Assembly: GCA_002633005.1 (NCBI GenBank)
Contig: NMRA01000069.1
Location: forward strand, 282,203 to 346,202
Length of the DNA stretch: 64,000 bases
Direction: 5' to 3'
Source of the DNA: Phoronis australis
Taxonomy: Eukaryota > Animalia > Phoronida
In this document: positions 54,103 through 64,000 of the stretch, one piece after another
Layout of the letters: each line of letters begins with the position of its first letter
How positions within the stretch are numbered: the first letter of the stretch is position 1
Translations under genes and position numbers: made by a program
Notes under the pieces: model-generated
What the model saw: only the letters and a program-made list of their open reading frames with translations
Told to the model about the DNA's origin: nothing
Database searches by the model: none

Positions 54103-55320
54103 CTGTAATAAAAAATACAAACTTGTAAAGACTGACTGTTGGCTTGGGTGCTAAGTGTTGCATCAAGAGTGAGATTCAAAACCAGTGAACATGTTGTCAC
54201 TGTGAACAGACACCATAATGAGTCTTGCAGTTTTTAGTGCAAGCCCATTGCACTGAGGCTGCTACACACTGGTGTACAAAGGGGGGTACTATGGGGGGCC
54301 ACGTCCCTCCTGCTCAGTCAAACAAACCCTCCCATTGTAACTCATGGACACCCTATTCATTGCAAGTGCCCCCTAGATGTCACCCATGTCACCTTCTCCC
54401 CCACTTCCCTGGTGGGCAACAACTTCATGCTTGGTCCCACACTTGCAGCTATGCCAGCACTACTAGATGCGTCTTACAGAAGTATTGGGTCTTTGTTAGT
54501 AACTAGACATTTGAAAACTACAGCTTCTATAAAAGCGGTATCTTTATAAGTGAATGCACAAAAGCTTCTGATCATAACATAGAACTGTAGCCCAGTAATG
54601 CCAACTCACACACGTGACCAATGTATTCTATTATTAGTGCTTGCAAACCCAAGATCAGCCGTGAAAGTTTTCACTGAGTATTTCCAGCAGCCTGTTTGAC
54701 TATGTTTTGATCGGGAGTTGTAGATATCAAATCAAGTCTAATTTCATTGCTTCATTTTCATTTTGTTATCATTGTTCATCAAGCAAGACTCTTGAGGTAT
54801 GGTTCTGTACAATAGCAATTTCTCGCCATCCCAAAGGGCTGTCTAATGATATTACCCTTATGGAATTCAGCTGAAAAACGGCGGAGTTGCGAAACGTTTT
54901 AATGACCACAAAGTCCATAGCAAATACACACACCGGAACAAACGAATGCGAACAACTGTCATGCATGTGCGGCGCAACCTCAGTGGCCACGAGATTGGAG
55001 TTGGCATTCCAGGTCCAGAGTTCTATGCCTCATAACAAAGGCTTCTTCCCCTCACTAGATTCAGGCATTGAGTTTTGAAATAGGGAGCACTGAATCCACT
55101 AGGGGGTGTCAGGGAGACTACACTCTTACCCGACGCAGGTACTCATATGGGTCTAATTGTCAACAGATTTCAGCTCTTCATCCATCCATACAACAGAAAG
55201 AAACCAATTCTTCACTAACGCCACCTAGTGAATCCCGAGCTTACTGTTGCCAGGACCACCGAAAGTAAGCCTTAGGTTGCACAATCTTACAATTAAATCA
55301 CAAAATTTTCAAATGTTAAC

Positions 55321-55402
55321 CTTTTTCTTCGAATTTGAACGAGTGCGTTGCTTCTTCATTGGGATGCGGAGTTACGCCAACAGCCTGCACCGGTGCGTGA
55401 TC
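55321..55402 (-). CDS. TICAM/TRIF-like adaptor, coding exon 3
   Basis: tttttatttaaag|DHAPVQAVGVTPHPNEEATHSFKFEEK|gttaac; 82 nt, phase 0 to 1 bridging its neighbours. Confidence 0.65.
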
Positions 55403-58400
55403 CTTTAAATAAAAACACAGTCATTGTCAAATCACTGGTGAAATCCAGAACCATTACATTAATTAACTTCAGAGCTAACCTTTCTTCTTCTGACTACAGG
55501 CAAACTGAAACAGAACAAGGATAGTTAATGAAATACATACATGTTATGTTCAAAAATTGTACTTATTTACCTGCCCCAGTTGCGTACTTTTAGTATGCCT
55601 TTGAGTAAATGATGTTGCTAAAAAGTATCTCAGGAATTTCTCTATGTCGAGCATCAAAATGTTACACTTCGTATAATATATTTGTGAACGCTGAATGGCA
55701 CTTTTCAGTAACAATTGATGCCACAGACAGAGCCACAATTCACAAACTTGAAATTCTTTGACAAAGACAAGACAGTACGAACACTGACTGGAAATAATGC
55801 TTGTGTGAAGATGTTTGCTTGAAACTTACAGACATGGCCATACAGCCTTGTGGAAGGGGAGAATTCAGTGTTTTCCACAGTAAAAATGGCAAACTCGAGG
55901 GAAAATGTCATTTGACTGTACATCAGATGGGATGTCCAAGATACAGTAAAGTAAACATTTTCATAAATTTGGACAAGGGGCAATTCATGTTTTCAAGTAT
56001 GTACACCAAGATTGGCGTTTCAAAAGACTTGTTTTTCAGTGACACTTGCAAACAGGACAGTTGTCTTATTTTAGCCACTAGGTGTCACCATAAGATAATT
56101 TAACTCAAAAATTCTAGATATTATGTAAAAGCTATACAGCTGTCTCAAAAAGTTTTGTTAATGAAAGAATTTTCAGACCATGGAGAACATTGAATGAAAG
56201 TGATGCGGCCTTTTTGTTTAGCTGGTCCAGGGCTCGACATAACGAGCTGCAGGATGCATTTGAGACCCGAAATTTGAAATGCGAGCTGAGATTTTGGCCA
56301 ACTCACAGTAGTCAGACTTAGGCAAGACGAATTTTCATGCCAAAGGCCAATTACATCTAAGTGCACTGATGTGAAACTTTTAATAACCCTAGAACCAATG
56401 ACATAATTGGCGTACCAATTGTCAGCTAAAGGCGACCACTGAATTAAATGGACAATTGTCTTCTACTCAGGAAACTTGAATAGCTCACTTGCGAGTTTCT
56501 CGCTAGTCACTCTGACGTCACCGGAAAGGGGGCAAAACCCGCCATATTGCTCTTGTTTTGCCCCGAGTCTTTGCTACACACGAAAAAACTTACTGGAGTT
56601 CTTATGGTGAATTTAACGCTTAAAACGTTAAAACAACTTAAGATATGGTAGATGGGTCGTGGAATAACTGTGATTAGACGAAGAAAATGTGACCTTGTCA
56701 TGTAGTGCGAAGCTGTGAACGGACTGAAATTGGAACTTAACCCGCTCTAGGCCTGAATGGCGCAGGCATACAGGGGCGATAGTGTATCCCCATAAAAAGA
56801 TATTCACTTCAAAATACAGCAAATGAAATCAAATGAAACATGCATGTGTGCACATGAAGTTATAATTAACACATACCCTGACTCTGGACACAATTTAGTC
56901 TACAAATAACTTTAGCATATTCATGAAAACCTCGCGGTTCTCTCGAGTTTCTCTCACTACAGAGCCGCCATTTTGAAGAAGTTACGTGAAATCACGCCTG
57001 TTGACGAACAAAAAGTCCAAGGGACACAAATCTTACAAATTTCACTTGATATTTTCTCATGCTATTTTGCAAGTGTCACGCGCCAGGTCACGCGCCAGAT
57101 CTCGCGCTTCGCTCAGTCTCGCGCTAGCCTTTGCCTCGCCTTACTCAGTTGAACTACTTGATTGTGGTAATCGCGCGCGCGGACAAAGTTAACAGTAACC
57201 ACAAAGTGGAGTTGGAATTCTTCGCCTAAGTCACCTGAATTCCCGTATATATGCTTCATCGAAGATATACTTAGAAGCAGAAAGAGTCACTGAAGAAAGT
57301 AAGAGCCTTTTAGGTGCTAATTTTAGGTGTAGAATGTATTTTCGACGAGGTGAAAACTTTACCAGTGAGCGGATTTCGCCTACCGCCCGTTTAAAATACA
57401 CGGGACGTAATTAGTACAGAACGCGATAGAACGTATTGTAGTGCGAATCTGAAGTTCATTTGCCATAACAGCAATGCTTTTGGACATTTTTCGAACTAAA
57501 CGGCTAAAAACTCAAAGACAATAACAGAATACACTCTGCTACCGTATTGGGCAAATGACCAAACGACAAGCTTTTGCCCCACTTCCCGTGACGTCAAAGT
57601 TAAGTCTCACATAATCTCGCGTTATTGTTATAAACTCGCAAAAGGCCTATTTCCATCTGCCTAATGTCTGTCAAGAAAATTGCGAGCTGGGGATTTTAGC
57701 CAGGTAGCTAACAACGACCTAGTGATTTGCATATCATCAATGACTGTGTTTGTAATATTTTTAACAGGTTGCAAGCCATTCAAATGTGTCACAAGGGCAG
57801 GCTAACAGGTGCAACCGACACATTATAACAGGTTTAGGAAGACACTGCAGATGCCCCCTTTCTTCAGAATCATGAAAACTTCCAGCAAATAAAAAATTAA
57901 AAATCCATCATTCGGTCCCTAACTGAAAAATATGCTTACGTTCATAGGTATAGCACCAAGTACGAAAATTTTGCTTTCACTTAAGATTATGTCAATCAAC
58001 AAGTTTTCTGACACACAATTTGCCTTAACTTCCCAACCGTAACACTAATGAATGAACAATACCAACCGTCATGTAACGGTCCAATAACGGTCTTGGCCAT
58101 GAACCCCCTTTCCCCACACAACAAAATTAATAACGAAGGGTATGCAAGCTTTTGATGTTACCCTCAGTAAAACGACACAGATAAGTGCCAATGTTGGAGA
58201 GATATTTATCTGAGTTCCAAAGAAATAATTATAAGATGATCAGCGACATATTAAACTTTTTAAAAATTTTGTTGTTACTTAAATGCCAACTGAGCATCAA
58301 AACTGCAAATGTCTGACACGTTTTGTCAGTAGCAAATTAGTTTCATTGGTCACCAATTCCTCAGAGATTTATCTCATAGTTCCGTGCTTTCAAAAGCTTA

Positions 58401-58666
58401 AGGAAATTATGGTAACATAGACAGATTCAAAACACCTTGAATGACTCCGAGACTATTTCGAGAGGAAAATTTTCGAAAATTTTGCAAATATAACAGGTGC
58501 AAGGCCCTACAAGGAAATCGAAAACTTCCGAGTGTATTTTAAGACTTTTTGGAAACGCCCTCGACAGCGTTACATGCAAATTGCTCACCCAAAGTTTTCT
58601 TGCACAGAAACACAAAAACACAGCGTTAGGCTAACAAGCACATAAGAAGCAGAACATCTTAATTAC

Positions 58667-59373
58667 CTTTCCATTAAAACCTTGATCAAGTAACAGTAAC
58701 TTTAGCAGCATCCTCTCTTTTTTCATTTCCTCTTCCTGTCTCTTCTTCCTCTCCTCCTTTTTTCTTTGCACCGGATGACTCGGATCAGGTCGGTACGTTT
58801 TGTAGTTATCTGGTGACGTAAGTCCAAACACAGTGCAGAGGTGTTTCTTGTAATAGTAGCCCTTCTCCTCTAGGCCGGCGATCGGTGCAATGTGGAAGGG
58901 TATCTCCTGTAAATCTTTCTTCACCGTCGGGTAGTACGGGATGAAGAGATTTTTATACTGCGTGTCCATCAAACACTTGTACAGTGCAGCATAATTTGCT
59001 TGTTTGAACATCTCGCCCCCGTAACGATTGAATAACCTCATGGTCTGACACAGCTTCTGTGACATGTAGAGCAGATAGACAGTGCTGTGCTTAAAGGCAT
59101 ATTCATACGTCTCCAGATCATGTTTGAAAGCAGGACATATACTCACATCATCATACATACACCCAACCAGTCCATAAGTTCCCAGCTTCTCATGCAACCT
59201 TTCTGCACCTACTCTATCCTCCTCAATGAAAATCAGAGTGTAATCATATTCTGTTGGACTATGTGCCTCGATCACTCCATTTGGTGGCTGGGAATACACA
59301 GCTACAATGGAACAGTCAGAACGTGATTGACAATCATGGTTCCAGCAAGGCTTTAGCATATAAGAAATGCTGC
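58667..59373 (-). CDS. TICAM/TRIF-like adaptor, exon 2: TIR domain plus charged helix
   Basis: tttttag acceptor; YDYTLIFIEEDRVGAERLHEKL...AFKHSTVYLLYMSQK...YAALYKCLMDTQYKNLFIP...EIPFHIAPIAGLEE aligns by eye to the TICAM2/TICAM1 TIR (FVILHAEDD...YTSLMNSVNRQHKYNSVIP...TPFALQTINALEE); donor AAG|gtaatt. Confidence 0.85.
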
Positions 59374-60577
59374 CTAAAAATGCAACTGCAGAACAAAAGT
59401 GAAGTACATGAAAAATGAAATAACTCGAGCAAACGGTGCGAGGCCCTCGACCTAAATGTGTAACTGCGATAAATATTCACTTGTTTGGAATAATCTCTAA
59501 AATTTGGAACACTGACATTCAAGTCGAAATTGCACTTATTGATGCTGACGATGAGGAAATGGGCAAATTTTTCATTCATCATGTTCCTTAAATTTGGGAG
59601 ACTGCATTTTGCATCAACTGAATTTGAAAACTCTAACCAACACTCAGCAACTTCTAAAATCTTCCAATAAGGCCGCTGACACGTTGGCACGTGTTCCCAT
59701 AGAATGTAATGTCGAGGTAAATATTTTCCAACCATGCCGGGATCTTCTCAAAATTCGGATAGTGCATATGGCTTCAAACGTTATAGTTTTAAGATCACAA
59801 TATTATTTGCGAAAATAGAATTCACATTTACGTCGCTTAGTTTTGTAAATTTGCAACTGGTGGCAAAAGCGTAGTTAGTGTGTTGTTCTAAGACAAAAAT
59901 CACCCTAATTTTGGTTTAAAACCGAAAACCGACTTCGGGGTTATGAAACGAAACAATCTTGTCTGAATTTTTGTCTGTCTTAACAGAGCCGGAATTTCGG
60001 TCTTAACAAATATCATGAAAAGGGCCCCTGGGCTTGAACTCAAATCAGCCATTAGGACAGGCACTCATCCCCATTCTTGTTAAAGCCATGTTCAGCTTAA
60101 TGCCCAAACCAATTTTGAGATCTCAAAGTGAAGGCCTGGGGCATTAACATTGATGAATACCGTTAGGTGGTTTTAACCAAAAAGAAAAATTGCACATTCT
60201 CACAACTCATATGACTATCACGTGGGAACAAAACAAGATTTTGGGATTGTCAGAAAAAAATTATTAAAATTCCCAAAAGGGGGAGTTCGGAACAAAAAGC
60301 GTAGTTGGTTCTAGTCCGCGGCCCACACAAATGTAGGCTAGTGACCTTATGACGCGGGCATAACCACCTGATCAATGTTCATCAACGACCCATTACGTTG
60401 CACACATTAATACTGCCAGCACTCACCCTACAAGCAAAACAAAGCATTGAAATGTGCTCACGACTGCATCGTAAACTGTATGCTTCTAGGAGTGTTGATC
60501 AGTATCACAAAAAAAAGGCTCTGTCGATTCCCTAACAGGAATCAATTTGCCAAATTTCATCAAATTTCCCTCAGGAA

Positions 60578-62066
60578 CTTTAAAGATGTGGGGGAAATGA
60601 AAATACAATTTCCAGTACAAGGTACAACAGTAGTGGGATACATCTGACTGAAGTTGGTCATTGTTCTTACCTTCATAGGAATACACTTGGCAAAATTTCA
60701 CAAAGTTCCCGATGGACGTTTAGGAGATATAGCGGGTGGAAAAAAATGGCATTAGGGGGGACCACAGTATTCAGGGCCGTTCGAAAATCAACGTCAGTCG
60801 CGTTGTCAAAAGCAAAACAAAAATATCTGACTGGCAATTTTCTTGATCTTCTGAGAATTTAGGCAGAGGTTAACGCCAAGAATAGAGACACAAAAATATT
60901 ACACAAATGGCCACTAGGTGGCACACTCTATGTCAAATCTAACCGAAATTAAAAAGGGGATGTATTCTAAATAGAAACCTATCATGCAATCCTGTCACAG
61001 AACAATGAAGAAACAGAGGTTAACAAAAAATAATAAATTGCCACTAGGGGGCATACCAGAACTTAGTCAGATGCATCCAAACCAACCCTGCCTTTTGACA
61101 TCACAGTTTTCCATGATTACACAGCGTATGGGNACTCACACTACTGTCACTGTGATACGGGTCACCGACTCCAGCCATTTTCAGCTTACAACACTCTAAA
61201 CAATCCCTAAATCCAACGTAGTTGAGTTCTCTACTAACCTATCTTGCCGCAGAATACTCGCCGATAGAAAGTGGTGGCGACAATTGTTGAAAAACAGCAC
61301 AAAACAAAAGTAGAATAGAACAGATTTGCACGGTAAAGTCAACGCAAAACCAAGTGGCAGGAAACGCTTGCCTCCTAAAACGTCACTTCCGGAGTAGCAG
61401 ACGAGTGTTTAATAAAATTACGAAAAGCTGTAATTAAATGGAAAATATGTCTAGGATAACCAACCAACCTTATTTTAGCTCAAACTGGCATGCAAAAAGG
61501 TTGCCTTCGCCTTTAAAGATGTGGGGGAAATGAAAATACAATTTCCACTACAAGGTACAACTGTAGTGGGATACATCTGACTGAAGTTGGTCATTGTTCT
61601 TACCTTCATAGGAATACACTTGGCAAAATTTCACAAAGTTCCCGATGGAGGTTTAGGAGATATAGCGGGTGGAAAAAAATGGCATTAGTGGGGACCACAG
61701 TATTCAGGGCCGTTCGAAAATCAATGTCAGTCGCGTTGTCAAAGGCAAAACAAAAACATCTGACTGGCAATTTTCTTGATCTTCTGAGAATTTAGGCAGA
61801 AGTTAACGCCAAGAATACAGACACAAAAATATTACACAAATGGCCACTACGTGGCACACTCTATGTCAAATCTCAACCGAAATTAAAAAGAGGGTGTATT
61901 CTAAATAGAAACCTATCATGCAATTCTGTCACAGAACAATGAAGATACAAAGGTTAACAAAAAATAATAAATTGCCACTAGGGGGCATACCAGAACTTAG
62001 TCAGATGCATCCAAACCAACCCTGCCTTTTGACGTCACAGTTTTCCATGATTACACAGCGTATGGG
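60578..62066. repeat. ~555-bp direct duplication (60578-61132 and 61511-62066) of HINE-type subrepeat sequence, single-N join at 61133
   Basis: Near-identical text in both copies, containing gccactaggtggcac and gccactagggggca. Confidence 0.85.
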
Positions 62067-62241
62067 ATGGTGGCAACATGGGACATTTTGCAGAGTTGAA
62101 CTATGTTAACATTTTCTTCCATCTCAGTGTACTAGTATATTAACTCCTAGGCTGTATTTTGGCATGGTAAACAACCTCAATCTGTCTGGTTTTATATTTT
62201 GAGCAACGTTTTGACCCTAAATCCCTAGTCTAATTGCTCAC

Positions 62242-62293
62242 TTTCTCTTCTGGCGTCAACTTCTAAATCCTCATCAGGCAAACAGGCAGACAT
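62242..62293 (-). CDS. TICAM/TRIF-like adaptor, probable first coding exon
   Basis: aacATG MSACLPDEDLEVDARRE A|gtgagc; phase 1 joins in frame to exon 2 (S-SISY-MLKP...). Confidence 0.55.
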
Positions 62294-64000
62294 GTTTCTT
62301 TACGTTTTCAGATGCTCAGCCAAAACACATCTCGTCTAAAGCCTCACTATTTCATTTCCTCTCCACCAACGTGTAAACAATCCAACGCAAACCTTTTTCC
62401 GGTGCACTTTCAACACCCTAAAAACAAAAACAATACATAAACATGTGTACTCATATTTACTAACCAAATAATTTCCTTTACAAACACAAGTTCAATGACG
62501 TTTGAGTGTGCTTTGGGAGGATATTTCTCACACGGCCATTTTGTGTGGCTTCTTGCTCTTGGTTCCAAATCAATCATCAGACGAGAAAATCTCATTCATC
62601 TTCATAGAGATAGGCACCAAAATGTAAATCCGTGGATGACGTCCGTAATGCTGAGAAAGGACGCTTTACAGCTGTAGTTGTGGTCAAATTTACAAGAATT
62701 CTTTAAAAAAAAACATTAAAATTTAGACCATGAACTTTTCAAATGTCTTATTTCAAAGTGATTTTGCAATGAACAAGTTACTCATCCCTGTTCAAGTAGC
62801 TAATTGACAGACCTATTGCCAGGATTTTGAGTGACAGCTTAACTGACCAATCAGAACGCAGCATTCTTGACACTCCTTTGTTTCCAAGACGCCATGTTCC
62901 CCGACAAACAACAAGTTGTCCGGTAAAACTTTCTGTTTGTTTGTCGGGTACCACGTGACTTTTCGCAAGGAGGTGGAGCTTGCAATAGGTCAATTTGAGC
63001 GCATGTGTGAAGACCCCGTGGTCTGTTTCATGAAAAGCGATTATAACTTAGAACAGAAATTTGGTCTTACGTTCCCAATTCAAAATTGTAAAATGAAGGT
63101 TTCGTAACGTAGTTATTAATACACCACTGCCTGGAAATAATTTGTACATTTTTTCAGTAATTAAAAATGATGGGTCTATTCTCTGATAGTTAATTCTTTG
63201 GCTCAAGTGAGTTTGGATTATTTCTCAGAAATATTGATGTAGAGCACAAGACCAAACTTCTGTCTTTAAGTTTTAAGTCACTTTTCATAAAACAAATCCC
63301 TGATTTGACGTTTTCAAAATCGGACAATATGCTTTAGTAAACATATAATGTCTGCATTCTTCTCCATTTTGAAAATGAGGAATACATTTCAATAGTCCAA
63401 AGTAATAACAAGAACAATTATATCTTTAGTAGAATTTGACAACAGTGTAGAGCTGCCATCTTTTTAGTCAATACCGAATCTCTGCATAAACAATGTAGCT
63501 GATTGAGGGGGTCCAAGTTATGGCCCACTTGATACACTACACAATGCACGAATGCAATGTGTGCTGTAATTTTGCCAGTGCCATATCTGATGGTTGGTGG
63601 GGTGTTTTTTTTAAGTGGTCACTAATTTTTTAAACAGGTCTGTCCATAAAAGAATCGGCAAATGTCTGGACTAAAATAAAATCAAGCCTACATGTTGAAA
63701 ATAAATCGGACCCAGTTGCATGGCCAACAAAATATTATGTATATTGTGTGCACAAACTATCTCAGTACATTCAGTTAAGCCACTGAAACTCCTCGGTGCC
63801 TTCATTCCGGTTTGATTTCAATCTGGTGAATTGCCGTATTGAAATCAACCTTACAAAAACACTCGGCCCCTGAAATTTCATATTAAACCCTCTCCTATGG
63901 TGGGCACTGGGCACGATATGTTTTTTCTCTTAAAATGTCAGTCTTTGCCTTAATAATATCATGACTCAAATCCCCATTTGGTTTGATTACAGTAACCAGA

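Noticed and set aside
56500-57660. CpG-rich stretch with CRE and YY1-like motifs inside the TIR gene intron, possibly a promoter or nested gene
   Set aside because: No exon structure or clear TSD found; most consistent with composite transposon remnants, unresolved
58631-58666. C-terminal VIKMFCFLCAC (prenylation-like CAC end) of the 242-aa TIR ORF
   Set aside because: Lies beyond the donor AAG|gtaatt at 58667, so it is most likely intronic read-through; an intron-retained short isoform cannot be excluded

Overview
Eukaryotic, AT-rich, intron-containing DNA that looks like a marine invertebrate genome; the species cannot be fixed from sequence alone. Four protein-coding genes were reconstructed by hand from splice sites and reading phase. 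(1) The last exon and probable long 3' UTR of an ABHD17 depalmitoylase (+). (2) SNRNP35, the U11/U12 snRNP 35K protein, with a single coding exon (-). (3) A complete FKBP8/FKBP38 with 11 coding exons (+, about 447 aa; FKBP-TPR-CaM-binding-TM). (4) A 6-exon minus-strand gene (about 424 aa) that is only fragmentarily visible in the ORF track and encodes a TICAM/TRIF-type TIR domain, TRAF-binding-like motifs and a C-terminal RHIM-like amyloid motif. Gene 4 is the most interesting item: a candidate invertebrate TRIF/TICAM-like TIR-RHIM innate-immune adaptor next to genes whose human orthologues share 19p13 with TICAM1. Introns and intergenic DNA contain many non-autonomous DNA transposons (hAT MITE with 8-bp TSD, Academ/MULE-like elements with 9-bp TSD, Helentron-associated-like elements carrying CTCF-like motifs) and several duplications at single-N assembly joins.
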